From contig CAXXFF010000002.1 in NCBI GenBank assembly GCA_963676835.2, forward strand, positions 992,001 through 1,056,000: a stretch of 64,000 nucleotides of DNA. Direction: 5' to 3'. Shown piece after piece: positions 19,963-29,297 of this stretch (positions are counted from its first letter, which is position 1; every line of letters begins with the position of its first letter). The stretch comes from Marispirochaeta sp. Its GTDB lineage: Bacteria; Spirochaetota; Spirochaetia; JC444; Marispirochaetaceae. The notes beneath the pieces are model-generated. The model saw only the letters and a program-made list of their open reading frames with translations, ran no database searches and was not told the origin of the DNA. Made by a program: the position numbers and the translations under genes.

Positions 19963-21336
19963 GTGAAAGACACAGTTAGATACGTGAATCTGCTTATAAG
20001 CCTTCTGCTGCTTGCAGGAAGTTTTCTGTGGGCAGATTCCGATTCCACGTCTTTACCTGTTCCCCCTCTGATAAATGGCAGCTCTGTCACCCTGAATATA
20101 CAAAACGGCAGTCTCCAGCTGCCCTTTGGTACCAGTGATACCCTTGGTTTCAATGGAAACTATCTCGGGCCGACAATCAGATTTTCCAGAGGAGATTCCG
20201 CGAATATACAGGTTAATAACGGCCTTAATGAGGATACAACCGTTCACTGGCATGGTCTTCATGTTCCGGCGGAGTACGATGGCGGGCCGCATCAGATTGT
20301 CAAAGCCGGAGAAAGCTGGAATCCGGAATTCCGGATTAACCAGAGCGCTGCAACCCTGTGGTACCATCCGCATCTTATGGGAAAAACGGCGGAGCAGGTA
20401 TACCGGGGCCTGGCAGGAATGTTTATAATTGATGATTCATATTCGGATTCGCTGCCGATTCCCCGGGATTACGGAGTAAACGATATTCCCCTGATACTGC
20501 AGGACCGGAGGATTGACCGGAGCGGAAAGTTCTCCTACCAGCCCTCCCGGCCGGATGTTGTCCATGGGTATACCGGCAACATTATGCTGGTTAACGGTGC
20601 GTATCAGCCTGTTCTCGATACATATCAGGGAACCTACCGTTTCCGGATTCTTAACGGATCAAACTCATCGGTCTACCGTCTGTCATTTTCAGATAAAATT
20701 CAGTTTACCGTAATCGCTTCGGATGGAGGCTTTCTTCCCCGGTCTGTTTCGGCCTCTACTCTGATAATCTCCCCGGGAGAACGCTTTGAGATTCTTGCTG
20801 ATTTCCGGAAAAACGGAGACCGGACACTGAATGTGGAAGTTCTGGGAGGTCCTGCATACACTGCCATGACGGTTCGTACCGGTTCCGCGGCAGGCCGTTA
20901 TTTTCCCCACCCCCGGAGGTTCGACTATGTTCATCCGGATTACTCAGCGCCGGGCCTGGCCATGCGGGAATTCAATATGGAAACCCGGATGATGGGCTCA
21001 TTTACCATAAACGGGCAGCAGATGCGTATGGATAAAATAAACTTCAGCCTTAAATCCGGCAGCGAAGAAATCTGGACTGTACGGAATGTAGGTATGGGCA
21101 TGATGAATATTGTTCACTCCTTTCATGTTCATGATACCCAGTTTACTGTTCTCTCTTATAACGGGCGCAAACCCGATCCCCTGTATCAGGGGCCCAAGGA
21201 TACTATCCTGCTTTCCCCGGGGGACGAAGCTGTTATAGGGGTAAGCTTTCGTGATTACACCGGCGTCTATATGTATCATTGTCATCTTCTGGAGCATGAA
21301 GACTCGGGAATGATGGGCCAGTTTCTGGTGGAGTAG
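19963..21336 (+). CDS. Multicopper oxidase (CueO/SufI family)
   Basis: All four Cu motifs: HWHG, WYHPH, HSFHVH, HCHLLEHEDSGMM. Sec-like signal peptide. Confidence 0.93.
   Translation: MKDTVRYVNLLISLLLLAGSFLWADSDSTSLPVPPLINGSSVTLNIQNGSLQLPFGTSDTLGFNGNYLGPTIRFSRGDSANIQVNNGLNEDTTVHWHGLHVPAEYDGGPHQIVKAGESWNPEFRINQSAATLWYHPHLMGKTAEQVYRGLAGMFIIDDSYSDSLPIPRDYGVNDIPLILQDRRIDRSGKFSYQPSRPDVVHGYTGNIMLVNGAYQPVLDTYQGTYRFRILNGSNSSVYRLSFSDKIQFTVIASDGGFLPRSVSASTLIISPGERFEILADFRKNGDRTLNVEVLGGPAYTAMTVRTGSAAGRYFPHPRRFDYVHPDYSAPGLAMREFNMETRMMGSFTINGQQMRMDKINFSLKSGSEEIWTVRNVGMGMMNIVHSFHVHDTQFTVLSYNGRKPDPLYQGPKDTILLSPGDEAVIGVSFRDYTGVYMYHCHLLEHEDSGMMGQFLVE
21303..21336 (+). repeat. Left copy of direct repeat (oxidase 3' end, attL-like)
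   Basis: CTCGGGAATGATGGGCCAGTTTCTGGTGGAGTAG. The 29-bp core 21307-21335 is identical to 29095-29123. Confidence 0.9.
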
Positions 21337-21930
21337 CTGGGGTTTGATCGTTAATTGCAGTATGGACTTGTTATTGCAATTGATAATTTGTAGTGAGATG
21401 AAAAACTGAAACCTCCCTAATCGAAGAATAGAATCATTAAGTTCAAATCTCAGAATGTTATCTTCTTTGATTCAATAATGTTATTACAAGAAAACATTGT
21501 TTTTAAGTGATAGTGTTTACATAAAGCTCGCTGTGATAAAAGTTCTCTTCATAAGACTATTTACTTGTTATATATTCAGAGGTCATCTATTGAGTTTGAG
21601 ACTTAGTGGTTTTATGAAAACATGGATCAGTGAATTATCTCCTATAGCCTGATCAATTGCTATTAGTTGTATAATGTGATCACCCGACCAATCCATTTGA
21701 TAAATCATCTTTAGATTAGTTATTCGGACAAGACGCTTTTTGAGATAAAGTTGTAAAATTTGGTATATAGATTTTTAAAAATTTCTTTTTAAGATCAAAA
21801 ATATAGTCATAAGTAACTATAGAGTTTCGCATTTGTGGTTTTAATGATCAATAAAAAGACTGCCAATCGTTCATGCAAAATGTTTAGGATTATGACACTT
21901 AATTAATTTAATCATGGATATAAATTTTAA

Positions 21931-22000
21931 TTGACAATGCCATAGGGTGATGTATAATGAATTTACTTGTACAACAAGTGACTTAGAGGTAGTACAACCA
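21931..22000 (+). promoter_or_regulatory. Sigma70 promoter with FadR-type operators
   Basis: TTGACA(21931)-16bp-TATAAT(21953). Palindrome ACTTGT-ACA-ACAAGT at 21965-21979 and a weaker second site GTAGTACAACCA near 21989-22000. Confidence 0.7.
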
Positions 22001-22021
22001 AAAAATTTTTGGGAGATATTG

Positions 22022-22717
22022 ATGAAGGGCGAGAAGATAAGAGCAGGAGAACAAATTTTTACGTATTTGAAGGACGAAATACAAAATGGGAAAATATCTC
22101 CTGGTGATAAACTCCCTTCGGAAAATGAAATTGCAGAAAAATATAATGTAAGCAGGAATACAGTTAGAGATGCAATCAATAAGCTTGCGGCTCTTGGCAT
22201 TGTTGAAACATTTCATGGAAAAGGCACTTTTATTAAAGAAATAAAGGTGAATGATGAGATAGATGGTTTAATACCGCATTTTGTTAGAGAATCCAGTGAC
22301 TATTTATCCATGATGAATTTACGGATTGCAATAGAGACTCAGGCAGTTTATCTCGCTGCAGTCAATTCAACTTATCAGGATGTTGACGCAATAGAAGCCA
22401 TCCTTTTAGATCTGGAAAATCATCGTGATGATCTTGAATATTATTCTAATAAGGATATGGATTTTCACAATAAAATTATTGAATGTAGTGGGAATAAATT
22501 GTTTTACTCAATGCTTCAGATTGTAAGGCGTGTTCTAGATGATGTGATGATAGATTTCATTGTTGACTTTGGAAACTATGAAAGCATTTCAGCACACAGA
22601 AAAATATTTGAAGCAATTAAAACAGCCAATCCGGAAAAAGCTAGTAAGCATATGCATCAGCATCTGCAGATAGTTGTTAATCGCTATTTCTATATTTTCA
22701 AGCAGGAAAAGAAATAA
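22022..22717 (+). CDS. GntR/FadR family transcriptional regulator
   Basis: PGDKLPSENEIAEKYNVSRNTVRDA...GKGTF wHTH and FCD domain (DMDFH, SGNK). GGGAG RBS before ATG22022. Confidence 0.92.
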   Translation: MKGEKIRAGEQIFTYLKDEIQNGKISPGDKLPSENEIAEKYNVSRNTVRDAINKLAALGIVETFHGKGTFIKEIKVNDEIDGLIPHFVRESSDYLSMMNLRIAIETQAVYLAAVNSTYQDVDAIEAILLDLENHRDDLEYYSNKDMDFHNKIIECSGNKLFYSMLQIVRRVLDDVMIDFIVDFGNYESISAHRKIFEAIKTANPEKASKHMHQHLQIVVNRYFYIFKQEKK

Positions 22718-22741
22718 GAGCTAAAAGGGATGGCGTAGAGA

Positions 22742-24244
22742 ATGAGTATGAATACACTAATTGAATTTCGAAATATAACGAAAAAATTTCCTGGTGTTAC
22801 TGCCTTAAATAATGTCAGCCTATCACTGGTTAGAGGTGAGGTTCATGTTTTACTCGGAGAAAATGGCGCAGGAAAATCTACACTTATGAAAGTTTTATCA
22901 GGTGCTATTACTCCTGATATGGGAGAGGTTCTTCTCGAAGGGCAACCCATTATAAATAATTCTCCTATAAAAGCACAAGATCTTGGTATATCTATGATAT
23001 ATCAAGAGTTAAATCTTATCCCAGAGTTGTCTGTAATGGAAAATATCTTTTTAGGTTCAGAGGAAAAGGGCAAATCCAATTTTCTACTAAATAAAAAAAG
23101 AATGTATAAGAAAACAGTTGAGCATTTGTCAGAGTTGAATTTAAAAGTGGATCCGAGAATTCCGATTAAAGAATTGGGTGCTGGGACACAGCAGATGATA
23201 GAAATAGCAAAAGCCATTTCGAAAGATTCAAAGGTGCTTGTGCTGGATGAGCCGACTAGTTCTCTTACCGATTCAGAAATTGTTGAATTGTTTAGAATTA
23301 TCAAAGTGTTAAAAAATCGCGGTGTCGGGATGTTTTATATTTCACATCGATTAGAAGAGATTTCTGAAGTTGGTGACTCAGTCTCAATTCTACGTGATGG
23401 TGAGAAAATCAGCAGTAATAAAATTTCTGATTTAACAATGGATGAGATGATTGAGCAGATTGCCGGTAGAAAGATTACTAATCTTTTTCCGCATACGAGG
23501 AAGAAGCGCGGCCAATGTGTTCTTGATGTAAAGAATTGTTCAGGCGATGGATTTACTGATATTAATCTTCAAGTATTTTCGGGAGAAATAGTAGGGTTGT
23601 CAGGGCTGGTCGGTGCCGGAAGGACAGAGCTGGCCAGAGCGATTTTTGGAATTGATGATTACTACCATGGTGAAATCCTGGTTGAAGGCAAGAAAGTAGT
23701 AAAGAAAAATACACGGAAAGCTGTGCGACAGGGAATTGGACTTGTTCCGGAAGATCGAAAGGAACAAGGGCTATCCCTACAGAAAAGTATAAGGGAGAAT
23801 TCTGTTGTAAGCGTACTGAAAAAAATTCATCAAAAAGGATTCATCAATGTTGGGAGAGAGAAAAAGATATGTCATGAATATGTAAGAAACCTCTCTATCG
23901 CAACCCCATCAATTGAAAAGCTTACGGGATTTTTAAGTGGAGGTACACAGCAGAAAGTTGTTATCTCAAAATGGCTTATGGCAGGGTTAAAACTTTTCAT
24001 TTTCGATGAACCAACACGAGGAATAGATGTAGGTGCTAAGAGTGAAATCTACAGCATTATGGATGGACTTGTTGAACAAGGTGCTGCAATACTAATGATA
24101 TCTTCAGATCTACCGGAAATACTCGGGATGAGTGACAGAGTGTATGTCATGTCCTCTGGGAACATTAAAGGAACTATGGATATTGAGGACGCTGATCAGA
24201 CAAAAATACTACAAATTGCATACTCACATAAAGGAGGTAATTAA
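22742..24244 (+). CDS. Sugar ABC transporter ATP-binding protein (RbsA/MglA type)
   Basis: GENGAGKST, LDEPT, second domain LSGGTQQKV, DEPTRGIDVGAK. Confidence 0.95.
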   Translation: MSMNTLIEFRNITKKFPGVTALNNVSLSLVRGEVHVLLGENGAGKSTLMKVLSGAITPDMGEVLLEGQPIINNSPIKAQDLGISMIYQELNLIPELSVMENIFLGSEEKGKSNFLLNKKRMYKKTVEHLSELNLKVDPRIPIKELGAGTQQMIEIAKAISKDSKVLVLDEPTSSLTDSEIVELFRIIKVLKNRGVGMFYISHRLEEISEVGDSVSILRDGEKISSNKISDLTMDEMIEQIAGRKITNLFPHTRKKRGQCVLDVKNCSGDGFTDINLQVFSGEIVGLSGLVGAGRTELARAIFGIDDYYHGEILVEGKKVVKKNTRKAVRQGIGLVPEDRKEQGLSLQKSIRENSVVSVLKKIHQKGFINVGREKKICHEYVRNLSIATPSIEKLTGFLSGGTQQKVVISKWLMAGLKLFIFDEPTRGIDVGAKSEIYSIMDGLVEQGAAILMISSDLPEILGMSDRVYVMSSGNIKGTMDIEDADQTKILQIAYSHKGGN

Positions 24245-25282
24245 ATGTCAGACTTTAAGATTCAGAACAAGCTGATAGTTCATGTCTTACGAATTAATCG
24301 AAGAATGCCAAATTCGATTTATATATTTATTGTTGTGTTTCTTGGGTTATCAATGAGCGTCAACAATTTTTTCTCAGCAACTAATTTAGCCACCTTGTTG
24401 GAGCAGACCTGTATTCTATCATTACTAAGTGTTGCAATGTCACTTGCAATCATTTCTGCTGGAATAGATTTATCTGTTGGTGGGATTGTGTCATTTGCCG
24501 GAATTATTATGGCTTTGATGGTAAGCAGTGGGATCAATACCGTATTCGCTGTGATTGTGGGAATTTTTGCAGCACTAATCTTTGGTCTGCTGAATGGTTT
24601 GATAGTGGTTAAAATGAAAGTCGTACCTTTTATCGCTACTTTTGGAATGATGGGTGTTGCACAGGGAATAGCAAATCTTCTTTCTAATAAAAGGGCAATC
24701 TATTTGAATGAAGACAACGGGAATATCATAATACATTTTCTGCAGAACAAGTTGATCGAGATCAATATTGGAGATGGCGCCTTTAGTATCAATATGATTG
24801 TCATCATTACAATTTTATCAATAGCGTTGATCATATTTATTTACAAAAAGACTCAACTGGGTTTGTACCTCTATGCAATAGGAGGGAACAGAGAAGCAGC
24901 AAAACTTTCTCATATACGAGTAGATATGTGGAATATCGGCGTTTATGTAATTACCGGATTAATAGCTGGGATAGCCGCATTACTTATGGTGCTTCGTTTA
25001 AACAGTGCTCAACCAACTGCAGGTGATGGCTTGGAATTTCAAGCAGTTGTGGCAGCTGTTCTTGGAGGTAATGATCTTAAAGGAGGAAAAGGCAGTATTG
25101 CTGGTGCTATACTTGGAGCATTTTCTGTATATGCGTTGAAGAACGGGTTAGCATTGGCTGGTGTTAACAGTTTCCTGATCATGATAATACTCGGTGCTGT
25201 TCTTGTTATTGGAATGGTCTTAAATACACTTGCATCAAATCACAATTTTTCTAAGAAATATGTAACAAGGGGAATGGAATGA
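24245..25282 (+). CDS. Sugar ABC transporter permease (RbsC type)
   Basis: GIDLSVG, PFIATFG, YAIGGNREAA, AAVLGG. Confidence 0.92.
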   Translation: MSDFKIQNKLIVHVLRINRRMPNSIYIFIVVFLGLSMSVNNFFSATNLATLLEQTCILSLLSVAMSLAIISAGIDLSVGGIVSFAGIIMALMVSSGINTVFAVIVGIFAALIFGLLNGLIVVKMKVVPFIATFGMMGVAQGIANLLSNKRAIYLNEDNGNIIIHFLQNKLIEINIGDGAFSINMIVIITILSIALIIFIYKKTQLGLYLYAIGGNREAAKLSHIRVDMWNIGVYVITGLIAGIAALLMVLRLNSAQPTAGDGLEFQAVVAAVLGGNDLKGGKGSIAGAILGAFSVYALKNGLALAGVNSFLIMIILGAVLVIGMVLNTLASNHNFSKKYVTRGME

Positions 25283-26286
25283 AATCCTCAAAGATCCGAC
25301 TTGGAATTAAGTCTGCCTTATATAACTTTTCAACCTTATGGATATTACTTGTAATACTTATATTCTTTTCGGTTACAGGCCGGGGATTTGTTAGTGGAGG
25401 TAATATTTCAAATATTATCAATCAGGCTTCGTTTCTTTGTATTATAGGTGTTGCTCAATTAATTGTGATTCTGGCTGGTGGAGTTGATCTTTCTATTGGC
25501 TCAATTATGGCACTGTCTACAGTCTTATGTGGACCGATGTTTCTGGCGAAAAGCAATACATTTTTTCTTATTCCTGTTCTTCTTACATTACTATTTGGAG
25601 GTCTCGTTGGACTCATAAATGGCCTAATGGTTACCAAGTTAAAAATACCTGCATTTCTTGCAACCTTCGCAGTTATGTATGCCGCACGCGGTGCTGCATG
25701 GTTGTATATAGGTAAAGGTGTCTACTATGGAATAAACAAATCAATAAGATACTGGGCAACCGGATGTCTTTTTAATATTGGTAGTTTTCGGGTCACCGTA
25801 CCTATACTGGTTGTTCTACTCTTTCTGGTGATTATGTCTTTCTTTCTTAAGAAAACGATTCTTGGACGGGAGATATATTTTACTGGTGCAAATAAAACTG
25901 CAGCATGTTTTGCTGGTATCCCTGCACATAATATTATTATCTGGTCACATGTATTGAGTGGGTTGATTTCCAGTTTTGCAGGAATAATGTATGTTGCAAG
26001 AATAAATGCTGCCGATGCAAATCTTGGTGTGACATATCACTTTGATGCAATATCGGTTGCCTTGATTGGTGGAGCAGTTTTCTCTGGTGGTTCAGGCAGT
26101 GTCTGGGGTGTTGCCGGAGGAGCTCTGATAATTTCAATCATTCAAAGTGGAATGAATAACTTGAGAGTCCCTACCGAACTTCAGACTGCCTTCCTTGGTT
26201 TGGTTATTATTGTGGCTGTATTTCTTAATCAATACTTACAAACAAAGCAAATGTCTCTGGAAGATAAGCAGATAGAGAAAGCATGA
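25279..26286 (+). CDS. Sugar ABC transporter permease (RbsC type)
   Basis: GGVDLSIG, IPAFLATF, GREIY.TGAN, IGGA.FSGGSG. Confidence 0.92.
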   Translation: MKSSKIRLGIKSALYNFSTLWILLVILIFFSVTGRGFVSGGNISNIINQASFLCIIGVAQLIVILAGGVDLSIGSIMALSTVLCGPMFLAKSNTFFLIPVLLTLLFGGLVGLINGLMVTKLKIPAFLATFAVMYAARGAAWLYIGKGVYYGINKSIRYWATGCLFNIGSFRVTVPILVVLLFLVIMSFFLKKTILGREIYFTGANKTAACFAGIPAHNIIIWSHVLSGLISSFAGIMYVARINAADANLGVTYHFDAISVALIGGAVFSGGSGSVWGVAGGALIISIIQSGMNNLRVPTELQTAFLGLVIIVAVFLNQYLQTKQMSLEDKQIEKA

Positions 26287-26335
26287 ATATTTTAACTCCT
26301 CTTCCTTAAGGGAGAGATAAAATTCAGGAGGAAAT

Positions 26336-27289
26336 ATGAAATCACGTGTATTGGTCGTTATGGGAGTGGTGTGTCTGTTACTTGGCTTGCTTGGCTGTAA
26401 TGGAGGAGTGGAAAGCGGCAGTGTAGTATCGCAGGCACAGGAAAGTGCAAAGAACTACAAAATCGCATTTATTGTTAAGAGTCTTCAGTCCCCATTTTTT
26501 ATCAATATGATGGAAGCTGCAGAACAGGCAGATGAGGATTATCCGGAAATCACTGTGGATGTAAGTGCACCTCAGACACCTTTCAATATTGATGAACAAA
26601 TTCAACTGGTAGAACAAGCAATAACAAACAAAGTTGATGCTATTGTTATTACACCTTGTGATTCGGTTGGTATAGGACCTGCAATCAAGAAGGCAAATGA
26701 AGCCGGAATCATTGTAATTACGCCTAATACGAAATCAGCGACTGGGAAAATTACTGCCTTTGTTGGTGTGGAAAACTATAATGTTGGATATGACCTTGGT
26801 GTTGCCTTATGTGAAAAACTAGATGGAGAAGGAAATGTACTTCTTATGGAGGGTAAAGCTGGGAATTCCACCTCAGAAGAGCGTGCCAAGGGGTTTAAAG
26901 CAGCAGTTCAAACATACTCCAGAATAACTTTGCTTGATAGCCAACCGGCAGACTGGGAACGGGCAAAAGGTATGACTGTTATGGAAAACTGGCTGCAGCG
27001 TTATAAAGAGATCGATGGTATTTTGACTCTTACTAAAGATATGGGTCTAGGTGCAATTGAAGCGATAAAGGCTGCCGGACGTGACCAGGAAATTGTTTCG
27101 GTTACTTTTGACGTAGATGATGATGTGCTGGATGCTATAAAAAATGGAGATCTTTATGCTTCTGGTAATCAGAATGAGAAAAGTCAGGCTTATGTTGCTG
27201 TTACAAGTGCATTATTTACTTTGAAAGGGTATAAAGTTGACGATTCCCAGATTCTTCCCATTTCAATTGTGACAGCAGAAGATATTTAA
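26336..27289 (+). CDS. Sugar ABC transporter substrate-binding lipoprotein (RbsB type)
   Basis: Lipobox LLGC. SPFF, VDAIVITP, ERAKGF, ADWER. Confidence 0.92.
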   Translation: MKSRVLVVMGVVCLLLGLLGCNGGVESGSVVSQAQESAKNYKIAFIVKSLQSPFFINMMEAAEQADEDYPEITVDVSAPQTPFNIDEQIQLVEQAITNKVDAIVITPCDSVGIGPAIKKANEAGIIVITPNTKSATGKITAFVGVENYNVGYDLGVALCEKLDGEGNVLLMEGKAGNSTSEERAKGFKAAVQTYSRITLLDSQPADWERAKGMTVMENWLQRYKEIDGILTLTKDMGLGAIEAIKAAGRDQEIVSVTFDVDDDVLDAIKNGDLYASGNQNEKSQAYVAVTSALFTLKGYKVDDSQILPISIVTAEDI

Positions 27290-27367
27290 ACATGGTGTTG
27301 ATCTGCGGGAATAGTCTCAAAAAGATATTCCTGCAGACACAAAATACTTCAATAGGAGATACAAAAA

Positions 27368-28483
27368 ATGAGCTTACTGGATAAATGGATTACAACCGAA
27401 GAACCATCAATATTTTTCGAGAACACAGAAGTCGGACAGTTGAAGAAAAAGATATGGGATGCTTCTGAGTGTGAAATAGAAGATATCTTGCAGGAATACG
27501 ATATCCCTTCTGACCCCGAGCTGGGAAAACCCAATACATATATACAAACGACAAACCGGAACCTGGCAATTGAGAAGAGGCGGAAGAACGATATAGTATT
27601 TATTCCAGTCGGATGTTCTGAAAATCATGGTATCCATGCCAATACTGGTCTAGATACCTTTATGGTGACACAGATAGTGGAAGGTTTGCGGCGTTATACA
27701 GCAAAAAAAGGGCATGAGTGTAATATAGCATTTACACCATTGAATTACGGGGGGCATCCACATCACCATGTTGGCATGCCTGGTACTATTATTATGCCTC
27801 ATGAAGTTGTTGTTGAAACTCTAATCTATACAATGCTTGGTTTATGGAATGATGGATACCGAAAGATTTTACTGATAAATAATCATGGTCATCTGTGGAT
27901 GCTGGAGTCAGCGATTCAGGAGTTCTGTAAAAGATATCAGCTTCCCGGTATTTTCAGGGTAATAGACTGGCATCGTGCAATCCGGGAATTCTTTGTACCG
28001 GTTGATCGTGGGGACAGTTTTGAAACAACCTTTATTCATGCTGATGAAATTGAAACATCCATGGCGTTATTGTTGTTTAAAGGAATGATCGATATGAAAG
28101 TTGTTCAGGATGCATGGCCAGTAAATCTGCTTCCGGGTGGTCACTTGGATGTGTCTGTTGACACATATCGAAGACCGTGCAGGTGGTCGGAGGGCGAAGG
28201 TCATTCTGCAATAGAAATTAAGGGAACTCCTGAAGGAGTGGTCGGTGCACCCAGTAAAGCAGATCCTAAAAAGGCAAAACGTCCGATGGCTGCAATACTT
28301 AAATATCTTACTCTTTTACACGATCAAATTCTTGAGGCATATCCGGCAGGAGAAGTTCCGTCTGTTGAGATGACAACGTTGAGAACTGAAGAGGAAATGG
28401 AACCTTATCTGCGTGAACCTCTTTCGGATGGCTGGAAGTCTGTATATCAGTTGCCAAAAATTGGCGCATTTGAAAAACTTTAA
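27368..28483 (+). CDS. Creatininase-family hydrolase, IolN (3-dehydro-scyllo-inosose hydrolase)-like
   Basis: IPVGCSENHG, D..., HPHHHVGMPGT, NNHGH, FIHADEIETS, PEGVVG, EPLSDGW. These recall Thermotoga IolN. Confidence 0.75.
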   Translation: MSLLDKWITTEEPSIFFENTEVGQLKKKIWDASECEIEDILQEYDIPSDPELGKPNTYIQTTNRNLAIEKRRKNDIVFIPVGCSENHGIHANTGLDTFMVTQIVEGLRRYTAKKGHECNIAFTPLNYGGHPHHHVGMPGTIIMPHEVVVETLIYTMLGLWNDGYRKILLINNHGHLWMLESAIQEFCKRYQLPGIFRVIDWHRAIREFFVPVDRGDSFETTFIHADEIETSMALLLFKGMIDMKVVQDAWPVNLLPGGHLDVSVDTYRRPCRWSEGEGHSAIEIKGTPEGVVGAPSKADPKKAKRPMAAILKYLTLLHDQILEAYPAGEVPSVEMTTLRTEEEMEPYLREPLSDGWKSVYQLPKIGAFEKL

Positions 28484-28524
28484 CACGGTGTCAGTAGTAG
28501 TGCGAATTCTGGAGGATTATTTCT

Positions 28525-28956
28525 ATGTTTGAAAAACTTGAGCACACTGCATTAAGTGTTGAGGATATTGAAAGATCACTGAAGTTTTACTGTGAGCTTC
28601 TTGGGTTTACGGTTCTGAAGAGATTGGAGCCAGATCCTGCGCTTCCTCAAGGTAAAGTATTAGATTTACAAGAAGATGCTGGAGCAAAGATTGCACATCT
28701 TGAATTGGGTGGTGTAATGCTTGAACTTTTTCAATTCGTTAAACCTCTTGGTAAGCCGCTTCCAAAAGAGTTTACTCAAGCAGATCATGGGTTTACACAC
28801 ATTGCATTGAAAACTCAGGATACTAAGGCTGCTTACCAGTACCTGGTTGATAGAGACGTGGAGTTTTATAGTGAGCCAGTAGAGTTTAGGCCTGGGGTTT
28901 GGATATGTTTTTTCCGTGGGCCTGATGGAGAAACTATAGAATTACGGCAGACATAA
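28525..28956 (+). CDS. VOC/glyoxalase family protein (methylmalonyl-CoA epimerase-like)
   Basis: HTALSVEDIERSLKFY..LLGF, LELFQF, GFTHIAL, FFRGPDGETIEL. Confidence 0.88.
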   Translation: MFEKLEHTALSVEDIERSLKFYCELLGFTVLKRLEPDPALPQGKVLDLQEDAGAKIAHLELGGVMLELFQFVKPLGKPLPKEFTQADHGFTHIALKTQDTKAAYQYLVDRDVEFYSEPVEFRPGVWICFFRGPDGETIELRQT

Positions 28957-28986
28957 ATTATACTCTTATTAGTCACCTCATAATCA

Positions 28987-29020
28987 AAAAAGGATAGAAT
29001 CAAAAATAGTCTATCCTTTT
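28987..29020 (+). terminator. Probable intrinsic terminator of the island operon
   Basis: Stem AAAAGGATAGA...TCTATCCTTTT followed by T-rich sequence. Confidence 0.65.
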
Positions 29021-29090
29021 ATTTATGTACGAATACTGACGATTTTTATTCATAATTTGAGATTGGTCTTAAACGATAATCTAAGATGTT

Positions 29091-29124
29091 CTCCGGAATG
29101 ATGGGCCAGTTTCTGGTGGAGTAA
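29091..29124 (+). repeat. Right copy of direct repeat (attR-like)
   Basis: CTCCGGAATGATGGGCCAGTTTCTGGTGGAGTAA, still reading SGMMGQFLVE*. Confidence 0.9.
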
Positions 29125-29297
29125 GTGGAGTATAAAAATAGATCCCGCTACCCTTTGTACTTGTTTTATGTACCGCCGAAAAAATAGGAACAGCCTATAT
29201 TTCTATTGGATGTGGGCGTAATGTAAGGTTTACCCAGATATTCTCCGGGAGTAAAAAAAATTGCAGTTGCGGGCCCTGTTTGTGCTACTATTCAAAT

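Larger units (their letters stand above)
21337..29124. mobile_element. AT-rich genomic island inserted at the 3' end of the multicopper oxidase gene (no integrase)
   Basis: Abrupt shift to AT-rich sequence, bounded exactly by the direct repeat. Carries a self-contained catabolic operon. Confidence 0.75.

Noticed and set aside
21337..21930. Integrase remnant or CRISPR array in the island's AT-rich leader
   Set aside because: No ORF, recombinase motif or regularly spaced repeats seen.
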